In this document: piece by piece, positions 48,601 through 60,943 of the stretch
Numbering within the stretch: position 1 is the first letter of the stretch
Layout of the letters: every line of letters begins with the position of its first letter
From: Antedon mediterranea
Taxonomy: Eukaryota; Animalia; Echinodermata
Assembly: GCF_964355755.1 (NCBI RefSeq)
Contig: NC_092672.1
Location: 3,844,001 to 3,908,000, forward strand
Direction: 5' to 3'
Length of the DNA stretch: 64,000 bases
Made by a program: the position numbers and the translations under genes
The notes under the pieces: generated by a model
Told to the model about the DNA's origin: nothing
Databases searched by the model: none
Seen by the model: only the letters and a program-made list of their open reading frames with translations

Positions 48601-51600
48601 AGGATTTCAGCTTTAGTGAAAGGCTGGTTGGACAAAGATTTCCCCCCGGAGCGAGTTGGGTAGATGATGGTGTTGACGAACACTTCCACCAGGCCTGGTA
48701 GTAGAGAGTGGATAGGAGCTACACTTGCACATATCTGTTTGTAAATCCACTCCTACAAAAAATATGCGGTACATCACATATATTAGTTCTGAAAAGAACT
48801 GTTGAGTTTCTCTACGTTTCGATCAATATACTTTGATCTTCCTCAGGAGTGAGATATAACGCTTTTTTTGAAACTTTAATTACTTCTAGGTCTACAGTTT
48901 ACTACCACAGAATTCATATGATTGAAATTGAAATATATATTTATACTGGGTAACCTCTTCAGTCAAAGACTGGTCTCCCAGAGGGCCCAGTTAGTGATCA
49001 GTGGCTGTGATGTACTAATACACCGGGGTAACCCCCTACTCGTCTCGAAAGATGTACTAGGTTCTTTAAAGTGCACACGAGCTAGATGTGTACACTGGAC
49101 CTACGGTTTATAGTCCTTATCCGAGAAGACTCGTTCTACCACCAGAACCATGGAGTGAGCCTCGAACCCCTGCCGATGTTATGGCTACGTAATTACGGTT
49201 CCACTGTCTTAACCGCTCGGCCACTCACTCACATGATGATGATGTCACATTTGTATTAATATAGCTACAGATATAATTTATACTTATATTTGAAACTTTA
49301 TTTACTTCTAGGCCTACAGTTTACTACCACAGAATTCGTATGATGTCACATTTGTATTATTATAGCTACAAATATAAATTGTACAGTACCTTAATTTGAA
49401 CTTGGTATTTAGCAAATGCTCTACTTTTTAATAGTTGATAAACACAGTGAACCGGTAAAAATCCTGTAATGTCCGCTGAAAGGTCAGAGGTTACAGCAAC
49501 TGTCACGGCATGGGCTGTAACAACCTACAAATTGAATAATTCCATTGCGTGAATAAAACAAATTGTCGTAAATTGCAGTATGAACAAGTGTGAACACATG
49601 TTTATGGTATTTTGTTAACTCTTACCTCTTCTGTAAAAATCTCTTGTGTGAACATAATTCTCATTCTGGATAAAGAGTTTGGTCTGACTGGAATCTATAC
49701 AAATTTAAAGTACAACAAATTATTTGACTAAACAAGAGAGAGAATAGAAGATGATCTACCCTAATTAAATAAGGTATTTTAAATATATCTTTGTACCATC
49801 TCACTATTTACAACTCCTAAACGGGACAAGGCCAGCATACAATGCCTAGCAAAAACCAAATTACCCATCAATTTCGCAACACCAATCTAATTTAACAACA
49901 TAATTACAGAGTAGTGCCAAACATCTAACCAACACAACATCTGTTAACCCACTAATCGGAGTCTAAGGCTCTGTCTACACTATCAAACTAGTTTGACAAA
50001 AAAAGTGTGATGTGCCCAGATATGGTACTGCAGTGATATGCCCAAATATGGTATGACATCACATTTTTTGTCACATAAAGTGATAGTGTATCAGAGCTTA
50101 TAATTGTGTAATTTGATAATATTTACCCTACCTACCAAAATGGCTACTAATGCTACTAGTTCTGCTGGCTAGATTGAGAAACCTTACCTTCATTGCTAGT
50201 GTAGAACAAACCAAGTCTACAACAGCTTGCAACTGATTCGCATGGAAGTGAATGGCCATCAGTAACAACATTTCACTGAATGATGCACGGACACCGCTAG
50301 TACTGGAACAAAACAAAACATGTAATAATAACTAATTTTGTATTTGTATTATTTTAAATAGTGCACTTTTCAAATACCAGACACATTTGGGCTTGCCTAA
50401 AGCTCTGTCTACAAAAAAATTTGATGTGTCCATATATGGACATGATGTTGTCATATCACTACTATATTTGGGGTCATCACATTTTTTTTGTCAAACTAGT
50501 TTGATATTGTAGACAGAACTTAATGTGTATGGTTTCCTTTAAGTGGTTCTGTATATTAAATTTATTAATATTGCTTGTATTGTAGTCAGATAACTTTATC
50601 TTTATACCTTTCAAAGTCTGCCCCCTCCTTTACAAGCCATTGAATCCACTCTGATACTGCCTGCGTCTCTTCTGGACTACAATGACCAAAAATACAAAAC
50701 ACTTAAAATATCAATTTAACCACATGATATGATAATTGCAATGGAAAGAAAAATGACATTGATATATTAACACAACTATTGATTAATAAAACAAAGCGCT
50801 TACTTTTGTAGGAATTGACAAGCTAACAACATACACAAAGCCAGCGATACAAATCTAACACCAGCTGCAGATGGCAGGGGGTGGCAGGTTACAAGATACA
50901 ACAGCTGGGTATTTTCCTCTGTGCTAAATCTATAAAAAAAGAACAAAAATGAATAAATAAATACTCAGAACAAGAACAAAAACAGAGTAACAATAGTATA
51001 GCCCCTGTTGTGGGCAACCTATTCAGTGGACACTACTATTAAGAAGTATATCTTACCAGTGAAACAAATGAAATGAACACTACTGCCAACCCACTAATCA
51101 GGGGACATTCCTATAATGCTTTGTTGATCTCTAAGGTGTCCCCTTAATACTATAGTAAAGCTCTGTCTACAATATCAAAATTTATGCGACAAAAAAATGT
51201 GATGTGCCTATATATGGGTGCGATGATGTCACATCAGTACCATATTTGGGCACATCACTACCATATTTGGGCACATCACACCTTTTTTGTCAAAGTTTGA
51301 TAGTGTAGACAGAGCATAAAAATGCAGAATAACAGTAGATTCAAAATTAAAAAGAGCTGAACATACTTCATGCCTGCAATTCCTTTAAGTGCACAGTACA
51401 ACCTAATGAGGGCGCTAGCCTTGACAACATGCTCGTCAGACAGTTTACCGTGGAATCCTTGTGATGGAATAATGACTGCTAATTCCTCAAGTAAATATTG
51501 CTTTAGAGAGTAAAGCATCGAACTGCTTGTATTTGATTTCTTCTAGAAAATAAAAACAATTATTATGTTAAGCTCTGTCTACACTATCAAACTTTGTGTG

Positions 51601-54124
51601 ACAAAAAAATGTGATGTACCCATATACTGTATGGACATGATGATGTCATATCACTACCATATTTGGGCTACCACACTATTTTTTGTCAAAACTAATTTAT
51701 AGTGTGGACAGAGCTTTAAATTTGTAAAGGACTAAAACAATTATGTAAGTAGGAATACACCTTGTAATAAAGATTTAGGCACTATTGTATTAATGTGAAC
51801 AGGTACTAAGAAAATATCAGGAATTTTAAAGTCTAAAATAGCAACAATAATTCTACTTACTTTTTGTGCATTTCTTACATATATTGAAAACCAGTTTCTC
51901 ACTGATGCATTGTTGCTTAGCAACAGTCCACTTATAAAACTTATCACATCATTAACACCATTACATGTTGTAACCTGTTTGCCGTGGTCCAATGATAATG
52001 CAACTGCTAGGCCTGACATCCGGCACTCCTCTACCTACGAGAATTGAAGACATGATTACTGAAATGACTTCAGTGCAAAAAAGAATTGACTATCTGTCGA
52101 TAAAGCTACATTGTTTAGTGCTTTTTCTGCTAAACCAAAGCTATATAATCGGCACAGGTTAAAGGCACCATTGGTCTGGTGATAGAACAAGTCTTCTCGG
52201 ATAAGGACTTAAAACTGGAGATCGTGTGCACTTTAAAGAAACCGGTATATCTTTTGGAAAAGTAGGGTTACCCCGGTGTACTGGTCCTTACAGCCTCTGT
52301 TGACGAACAGATGCCGTTTGGTGGCAGAACTCGACACGATAGGACCCTTAGGGAAGTAAAAAGTTGTGGTATGTGTCATCCACACCTGTGCCCAATTCAG
52401 CCCAGTAGGCTGCAACTCGCATGTTATTCACCCATTCACATTTATACATAATAATTGTCTATGACTGGTGGGTAGAACACTTGATACATTCTGCATCTAA
52501 AAAATGAGAGCTGTTTGCGATGTAAACAGTGGCTACATTTAGCACACATTACTTTGAGCACCAAGTTCCAAATCTAGTACTTACTGTTAATGCTCGTATG
52601 GTGAGTGCTTGCTTAGGGTTCATGCTAGCTAGCATTCGAAGTGCATGACCACGTCGTCTGCCACCCAACGTTTCTTCATCTTGCTTTTCTCCATTCACAA
52701 TTAAATACCTACAAACTGTAAAGAAAGTGTTTGAAAAGAAAATCTACTTTAAAAAAGACTGGACATGCACATGCAGTGTCGTCTGCCACGTCCAGTCCTT
52801 GGTTAGTGTTTGTCTCCATTCATTCATAGTAACTTACCTTCATAATAACAGTCTGGTACATTAACAACTAGTTGACAAAGTAGAAATGAACCATATTTGA
52901 CCCTTAATAATGCCTCAGCAACTTTTTCAATTGGCAACAAATTTGGAAGCTCTATACAAAATTGAAAAAATAAATAAAATTAGTAAAATAAATTTTAATT
53001 ATTATAAAATTATTTTGATAATTATAAATGTCACATAATGTTCTGTTAATATACTACTTATAATTGTTTTGCTATTTGCTAATTATGCAAACTATGTTAC
53101 GCTCGGTGAATTAAAGAACCGTGTTGTCATAAGTCACACTTGTAATAACAAACTGATAGTTGCCATACCTGCTTGTGCAATACAAAGAACATCCGAGACT
53201 TCTTCAAGATAAACTGCCGTTTCAAATAATTCACAAGGGCGTTGGACAAAATCAGTAGGATCACGAATCTTAAACATAATAAATATCATAACAATATTAA
53301 ACGAATCATTACAAAGAAAACTATACAGTAACAAATTTTTGTAGGCTTATAAAATTATAAAATGAAATTGAAATATGTGAGAAGGTGATTATTATCAAAA
53401 AATACGTACATGGCTGATTATAAAAAGTACTTCACTGATGACAAGTCTTAGCCTCCGAGCTGCATCACTTCGCTCAAATTCTAAAGCAAGGCCATGCTGG
53501 ATTGCAGAGGTTAACAAGTTCTCGTTTGATCCAAGTTTTTGCCTATAATAAGAAACAATTGTAAGAATGGTGAAATTAGAAAATATTTGTTTAGAATTTA
53601 ATTCTATAATATATTATTATTACAGAGAGCGTCAATTCCTTTTCACATTATTATAATAGGTCAGTATTACTGTACTCTAACGAGCCTAAATAAGTCATCC
53701 ATAAATAATACTTAATAGATAGAGACCATTTGGCATTAGTATTATAGGCAGGTTGTGTTGTGTTTTAAAATTTTATTTTCACGTTAATTTTAGTTTAATA
53801 AATTATTTTCCTTTCTAAAAACTTTTTATTATAAATGTAGTCTTACCTCATTTGCAACTCTTTTCTTGCATCCTGCTCTAATGCACTGAAATCCACTGAT
53901 AATAAAGCAACTATTGAGTTTACTACTTCTAGGCCGGACAGAATACGCAGTAACTGCTTTCGTCCCTCGATCCACCGCTTACTAACGTCTAGAGGAGCGC
54001 AGAGTGACATACGAACAAGGGCAGGCAGAATAGGCCTAAGTTCTGCCTCTGATAATGATACTAACTTGTCAACATCAACACTCTGAATCGCTTCAAATGA
54101 TTTCATTGATACCTTTTTATCCAT
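42681..54124 (-). CDS. INTS2: Integrator complex subunit 2, about 21 exons (first 54124-53847; last three 45310-45203, 43606-43501, 42982-42681)
   Basis: N-terminus FEAIQSVDV...[17 protein letters not shown]...[22 protein letters not shown]; internal [26 protein letters not shown]-like, [56 protein letters not shown] motifs recalled from INTS2. Confidence 0.95.
43181..43314. mobile_element. Harbinger-type MITE family A
   Basis: Family TIRs, TTA TSD. Confidence 0.8.
43757..45186. repeat. CAT-rich about 38-bp minisatellite in an INTS2 intron
   Basis: Unit ATCTGCATATCATATCTATCATCATCATCCACATCAAT with variants. Confidence 0.95.
45241..45428. repeat. 94-bp tandem duplication covering an INTS2 3' splice site and 70 nt of exon
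   Basis: 45241-45334 vs 45335-45428, two substitutions. Confidence 0.9.
45738..45898 (+). mobile_element. RTE-clade LINE 3' remnant
   Basis: [43 protein letters not shown] plus GGTAA tail. Confidence 0.7.
46195..46350 (+). mobile_element. RTE-clade LINE 3' remnant
   Basis: [10 protein letters not shown]...[10 protein letters not shown]. Confidence 0.55.
46611..46773. mobile_element. Harbinger-type MITE family B
   Basis: TIR GCCAATTTACACAGA / TCTGTGTAAATTGGC, TWA flanks. Confidence 0.65.
48810..48849 (-). ncRNA. Minimal hammerhead ribozyme motif (Penelope-like element type)
   Basis: Minus strand: CTC-CTGAGGA-A-[GATCAA agtata TTGATC]-GAA-ACGT-A-GAG; stem I CTC/GAG, palindromic ACGT stem III. 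Confidence 0.6.
48945..49232 (-). mobile_element. tRNA-derived SINE with Deu/Nin-like central domain
   Basis: Head TGGCCGAGCGG (A box) and GGTTCGAGGC (B box); core TCTTCTCGGATAAGGACTATAAACCGTAGGTCC...TTAAAGAACC...GAGTAGGGGTTACCCCGGTG; A-rich tail; partial copies at about 33667-33770 and 52170-52445. Confidence 0.8.
49967..50098. mobile_element. Harbinger-type MITE family A
   Basis: Family TIRs. Confidence 0.75.
50401..50520. mobile_element. Harbinger-type MITE family A
   Basis: Family TIRs, TAA TSD. Confidence 0.75.
51159..51316. mobile_element. Harbinger-type MITE family A
   Basis: Family TIRs, TAA TSD. Confidence 0.75.
51571..51715. mobile_element. Harbinger-type MITE family A
   Basis: Family TIRs, TTA TSD. 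Confidence 0.75.
52170..52445 (+). mobile_element. Deu/Nin-core SINE, 5'-truncated, with a different 3' tail
   Basis: TCTTCTCGGATAAGGAC...GTGCACTTTAAAGAAACC...GTAGGGTTACCCCGGTG. Confidence 0.65.
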
Positions 54125-54702
54125 AATGTAAGTTTAGTTTGCGAAATAGTAGTAGGAATAACAAGAAAAATGGTAAAATTGTTGCAGTACCAACATCATC
54201 TATCTATGTTTTCGGCTCGCGCAAACAAAAAATAAATTAGACGTAACATCCAGTCACCAATGTTTTGATTTGCGGTTGGATATAAAGTCTACTAGTTACA
54301 ACATGTAAACAAAAACAAAGGGGGATTCTCAAAACATCATGCTTGATTGAATTTGGATTACAGTACTCTAATATCGGACAGTCCTTTACCAGTTACAAAC
54401 TCTAGCTAGGGCGCGCTAGCTTAGGCCTAGGCTAAGGGCCTCAATATATATATAACAAATTTTTATAAAAGGTAATTATCAAAGTTTCGATTGCGATAAA
54501 TGCAACATAACAATTTAAATAAATATCGGACATAACAGTTTCCAGGCTTGGAGGAATTGATTTTTAATATTATATAAATAGGCCTAGGTTAGGCCTCTAG
54601 TTATTAGGCCTATTAATTTAGTATTTAATAAATAATGTTAATATTATTTCTTATTTCAGAACAAACCTTAACCATGAATAAATAAATATATTACAATAAA
54701 AG

Positions 54703-57700
54703 ATGGCAGAATTTGGTGCTCATTTAACGGGGAGTGTACAAACAGCTCGGCCGACATATTTTGAGGTGATAGCACAGGAAGGGTTGATGATTGCATTGCG
54801 ACCTGCTATGCAATACACATGTAAGGTGTGTAAACAATACCTCAATCATTCAGGCCATTTCATTTAATTTAAACCTAAAGGATGGATTCATTGCATACCC
54901 TGGATCGTATTGCATACCCTCGATTTTATTGCATTCCCTGGATCCTATTGCACACCCCTGGATCCTATTGCACACCCCTGGATCCTATTGCACACCCCTG
55001 GATCCTATTGCACACCCCTGGATCCTATTGCACACCCCTGGATCATATTGCATACCCTGGAAAAAAAATTGCACATCCCTGGATTGTATTACCCTAGATC
55101 GCATATTGCACACCCTGGTTCTTATTGCATAACCTAGATCTTATTGCACATCCCTGGATTGCATTGCATACCCTTGATTTTATTGCATACCCTAAATACT
55201 ATTGCACACCCCTGGATCGAGTATTGCCCAACCTGGATCATGTATTGCACACCATGGATTGTATTGCTCACCCTGGATCATATTGCACACCCTGGATCTT
55301 ATTTCACACCCTACTACTATTTTGACACACGAGACAATTTATTTTACAGATTTTAGCAGAGAGAAATCCAGAACATCTTGGTTGGTTGTTTCGTTATGCT
55401 GATGAACTTTATACAATACTAGATAGCTTACTACAACATCATTTTCTATTAACAACAGGTAGTTATCATTCTGTTTGTGGTGATGCATTTAGGGGAAGAT
55501 CACCAAAGTATGATGTACCATTATATTATTATTCCATCCTATTGTTTTGCTTCAACTGATTAAAAAAAAGTTTATAAACTATATATTTTTTAGCTGCATC
55601 GTTTTCTGAAAACTTCTATGGCTTAAAAAGGGTTGTGATTGATGGGAAAGGACGAGAAGACAAGACATTATCATTACCATGGAAACAACATCTGCTTTCA
55701 ATGTTTTGCTTAGTAAGTAGAGAATGTATCTATATATAAATTATGGTTAATTCTGACATAGGCGAGCACAATGCAAAAACTTCTCTACAAATCTCCGCCT
55801 TGGATACCTACCTTATCTATCCGAGATGTACCGCGAAACGTAGATTTGATAACATTAGTGTGCACGCCGACGCTATTGTTCCATATTTATATCTTAGGAA
55901 GATATTATAAAGAGTTTTTTAACAACATTTATGATTTCAACATTGGATTTTCCTCTCAATTTCAATTCTTCCCGGTCAAAGTAATTTCCGGGTTTAAGAT
56001 AAGTTCACCTTAGTTTCAAATATTTTCTCTCTTTTATACACAAGGGAGCAGTTAGAATAATAGATTTGACCCTAAAGGTGACTGGTGACTGGAAACAGGC
56101 ACTTTCCATCAATCAATAAAGTGTCCCTTTGGAAGACGAAAAAAAAATTGGCCATTAATCATAGCCATTTCAGTTTTTTGTTTATTTTAAAACATACCAC
56201 ACGTGTGTGAAGGTACAGTAGTTAAATAATAGGAATTATACTGCAAATTAATAAAGATCAAATTAAATATACGCCATAAAGAATCAGAATATATTGTGGG
56301 GAATAGTATTATAAAATTACATAGGGAGATTTGATAAGACATTTTTCGAGTGAAATCCCGATAGCTGAGTTTTATTGAGTAAGCTTGCAGGAATAACTGT
56401 AGGCTATCTTCCTGTGTCCCGTTAGGACCGAGATGTCTGCCCATGTTGCAAGCCGTAATGTCTTCTTTCTTGGGCCCACTCTGTCACGGCAGTTAGTTTC
56501 AAAAGATGATTAAATTAAATAATGTATTAATAATTATTAGGATGGTATTCATTTGAATAAACGCCTCTCCAATAAAACATCACTTTGAATAATAACCCCC
56601 CCCCCCCACAACCCAACTATCTAATAAACGTCCATCCACATATTTATAATAACACAATTATACTATTTGTAGTAGAATTCACCGCACTGTTATCTGCAAT
56701 TTACCAAGCATTTGTTATTCTTTTTTACCACTTTTCATATCTATGAGAGGATTTCATTTGATTATAAATGTTACCATATTATTAGAACTAAAAAATTTAA
56801 CATATATCCCTCGAATAAGCACCTCCCTCAAATGACCTCCGCCTCCCCAAAGGGCCCTACCAAACAATAAAAACTATACTTTAAAATGTTATTAATCATC
56901 TAAAACACTGTGAAACAAAGTAGTTTAGTTTTACGAATGTCAAGCATTTTCAATAATGGTAACCGACAGAAAATGTATAAGGAGAACATTATCATTTCGA
57001 GAACCATCGTCTACACTTCCTAGAGGGGGAGCGAGCGAAGCGAGCTCACCCTCTAGTATTATTAATTTTAAACATTCTTTCTGCAGTATTCATTGTTGGT
57101 AGTAATTTTAGAACTACTAACCAATAGGAATCTTTCTTGCAGGTGGTGATGCCGTACATAAAAATAAAAATGGAGAAACTATTCCATACATTCAAAGAGG
57201 AAGATATTGATGGGTATTTGACATCGACCTCTGACCCTTTGACTAGATTGAAGAAGACCTTTCTGTTTGTGTATCCACTTGTCCACATGAGCTGGGAGGT
57301 AAACAGATATTTTGTAGTTAATTGTTTGTGAGTTACAGGTGTAAGGCAGGTGGACAAATCTTATTTAAATGTTTCACAGAAATTGATGGTTTATCTATGT
57401 TTTGACAGGGTTCTGCATTAGCCTATCAAATGGCCTACCTATTCAAAAAATCTGATTGTCATTCACCATTTGTTCATCTTTCAGGTAAGTACAATAGGTT
57501 TTAAGCTCTGTCTTCACTAGCTTGACAAAAAATGTTTGATGTGCTCAAATATGGTAGTGATATGATGTCGTCATATATGGGCATATCACATTTATTGTCT
57601 CATAAAGTTTGAAAGTGTGGACAGAGCTTTACAGGTTTCAACCTTTACACTTTTTAACAACTGCAAGCTATGTCATTTTTAAAAACTTAGTTATAACCAT

Positions 57701-58846
57701 GGTACTAGGATTGAACCCTGGACCTTGGGAATGAAAGCTACAGCTCCAGCCGTGGAGTGAAATCTTTCATTCAAGATTTATTTTTATTTAAATTAAAGGA
57801 GTTAAACTCAGCAACTTAACAAGAGCTGATATGCTGAACTTGATGACGAAAAATGAAACAGAGACACAAGAAACAACCAGGTTCATATATACAAGTCTTA
57901 TTTTTTATTTTTTAAATGCAGACTATTTAATTGTTAATACAGTACAGTACTAACATTTTTTTACGACTTTAGTGGGATGAATTGGTTGCTAGAGTACAGT
58001 AAGAAATTCCTTGCAGTATCAGCACACGGAATATCCCAGGGACTTTCCGTGGCTGTGTTCTTTCTACAATTCCTGGAATGGTGGTATGCTAGTGAAAATC
58101 AAGAATCTAGAATTGCTGTAACATCTTTACCTACGCCACCACCACCATCACTCAGTGTAAGTGACGTCATTCTATAGGGGCCTAGGAGATGGTAGGGACC
58201 TAGGAGGGACCTAGGAGATGGTAGGGACCTAGGAGGGACCTAGGAGATGGTAGGGACCTAGGAGGGACCTAGGAGATGGTAGGGACCTAGGAGTTGGTAG
58301 GGGGCTAGGAGATGGTAGGGGCCTAGGAGATGGTAGGCGCTTATGGGATTGGTAGGAACCTAGGAGATGGTAGGGACCTAGTTGATAGTAGGGGCCTAGG
58401 AGATGGTAGGGACCAAGTGTATATTTTTGTTTGTCTTTTAGAAGGGGAAAATTCTTGCTTATCTATCTTACAGGTTGAACATGACAATGGGAAATTTAAA
58501 AGCAATATTTGCCCAATCTGCAACAGGCCTTTAACAAATGACACTGCTATCTCAACTTCAGGGTAAATAATATTGAGTACAATTGTTTGTCAAAACAAAC
58601 CCAAATGACGAATTTGAATTAGATGTATAAATGAAAAACACATTTAATCATGTCTATATTTCTATATTATGGTGAATGATGAATAATAATATATACAGTA
58701 CAAAATATATTTTTTCCATTTTTTTTTATAGATATGTATTCTGTTATCCTTGTATCTATGGTTACGTCAAGAAGCACCAATGTTGCCCAGTGACCAAATA
58801 TCCAACACTTCATCAACACCTTATAAAGTTGTACCTACCTGACTGA
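54703..58846 (+). CDS. PEX12: Peroxisome assembly protein 12 (RING peroxin), about 9 coding exons (first 54703-54825, last 58732-58846)
   Basis: MAEFGAHLT...[19 protein letters not shown]; [11 protein letters not shown]; [10 protein letters not shown]; LPTPPPP; RING CPIC...[17 protein letters not shown]...CCPVT. Confidence 0.95.
54884..55310. repeat. 20-bp minisatellite in PEX12 intron 1
   Basis: CCCTGGATCCTATTGCACAC, perfect core with degenerate flanks. Confidence 0.9.
57020..57057 (+). mobile_element. Helitron-type 3' terminal hairpin
   Basis: CTAGAGGGGGAGCGAGCGAAGCGAGCTCACCCTCTAG-T: GC hairpin ending in CTAG followed by T. Confidence 0.5.
57504..57628. mobile_element. Harbinger-type MITE family A
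   Basis: Family TIRs, TTA TSD. Confidence 0.7.
58176..58414. repeat. G-rich 18/11-bp compound minisatellite in a PEX12 intron
   Basis: GGACCTAGGAGATGGTAG and GGACCTAGGAG units. Confidence 0.9.
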
Positions 58847-59199
58847 CGAAAAACAAAAAGAAGTGAGAAACAATGAACCTGCTCAACTATTTTGACTGAA
58901 ATTTATAAAAAAATTGTGATTATGGTATATCTTATTAATATTATTTATCAATCATGTGTTCAAGTTTGTTAAACTGGATATTAAAATATAGAAAAAAATT
59001 AATAAATAAAAATGTTGTGACCAATACGAAGAATTAAAATAGTTTATATAAAAATAACAGCAATCAAATAACACATAATGTTTTGCATTAGGCCTACAGT
59101 ATGTACGTTCTCAAGCAAAGTAATTTCACAAACGCATAACGTATGTTGAAACGGACAAGGCATCACAAATTAACAACGTACCACATAGGAACAACGTAA

Positions 59200-60400
59200 T
59201 TAATTTCACACACAAACGATCATCAACAACGTACGTTCACAAACGAACAAAACGTACGTTCACAAACGGACAACGTGATATATACAGTGACAAACAACGT
59301 ACGTTAACGTTCACAAACGGACAACGTGATATACACAGTGACAAACAACGTACGTTAACGTTCACAAACGGACAACGTGATATACACAGTGACAAACAAC
59401 GTACGTTAAACGTTCACAAACGGACAACGTGATATACACAGTGACAAACAACGTACGTTAAACGTTCACAAACGGACAACGTGATATACACAGTGACAAA
59501 CAACGTACGTTAAACGTTCACAAACGGACAACGTGATATACACAGTGACAAACAACGTACGTTAAACGTTCACAAACGGACAACGTGATATACACAGTGA
59601 CATACAACGTACGTTAAACGTTCACAAACGGACAACGTGATATACACAGTGACAAACAACGTACGTTAAACGTTCACAAATGGCGGACAACGTGATATAC
59701 ACAGTGACATACAACGTACGTTAAACGTTCACAAACGGACAACGTGATATACACAGTGACAAACAACGTACGTTAAACGTTCACAAATGGCGGACAACGT
59801 GATATACACAGTGACATACAACGTACGTTAAACGTTCACAAACGGACAACGTGATATGCACAGTGACAAACAACGTACGTTAAACGTTCAGAAATGGCGG
59901 ACAACGTGATATACACAATGACATACAACGTACGTTAAACGTTCACAAACGGACAAGTGACAAACAACGTACGTTAACGTTCACAAATGGCGGACAACGT
60001 GATATACACAGTGACATACAACGTACGTTAAACGTTCACAAACCGACAAGTGACAAACAACGTAGGCCTACGTTAAACGTTCACAAACGGACAAGTGACA
60101 AACAACGTACGTTAACGTTCACAAACGGACAACGTGATTTACACAGTGACAAAACAACGTACGTTAAATGTTCACAAACGGACAACGTGATGTAGGCCTA
60201 CACAATGACAAACAACGTACGTTAAACGAATAACATGTTCTCCTCACCAAACGAACAACGTACCGTTGAAACGGTCACAAAAGGTACAGTACGTTCTCTC
60301 ACCAAACAACGTACGTTGAAACGTTCACAAACGGACAAAACAAATACGTTACGTTGTATCCGAAATGTACAATACAATACCGTTATAAACGTTCACACAA
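59200..60400. repeat. ACGT-rich 51-55-bp minisatellite, about 20 copies
   Basis: AACGTACGTTAAACGTTCACAAACGGACAACGTGATATACACAGTGACAAAC. Confidence 0.93.
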
Positions 60401-60943
60401 ACGGCTGACAAGTAACACAATGAACAGCATACAGTAAAAACAATGAACAACGTACGTTTATCACAAACGTTTATCAAAATCGGAGCCCAATGGAAAATAT
60501 TTCTCTTTTTAGGATTAATTAAATGGGTTTCTCCTTTGTTTTGTTTTTTTTCCCTGATGTTTTATCATTTTGACTGTTATTTATGTATCGACCTCTTTTA
60601 TAAAATATAATGATATGGAATCGAAATAAAAACAAACAAACATATTACTGTATAAATGAAAAGTGAAAAGATGAATTTCTCGAGAGTGTAGGAATCGGGA
60701 TATGGAGATGATCCGATGAGAAAAATTTGGGCCATTGCCAACACAGCGTTGCTAACGCGTGCCTTATTTTGAACGTAGCGCCTCAATAAACACGAACAAT
60801 GTGGCCTAGCTAGCAGTACAATTGAGTGTTAAACAAAGCAAGATTGTTGTTAAAATTTCGAAGCGGGATTCTCGATATTTGTGTGTTGTTGTCCTCAGAT
60901 TTGGAATACATCGTCTTTCCTAAATATAATTTTTTTTTTTCAC

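Noticed and set aside
49150-49232. Functional tRNA gene
   Set aside because: A and B boxes present but no convincing cloverleaf; continues directly into a SINE body.
54791-55402. Overlapping PWILLHT-type ORFs
   Set aside because: Products of the 20-bp minisatellite in PEX12 intron 1.
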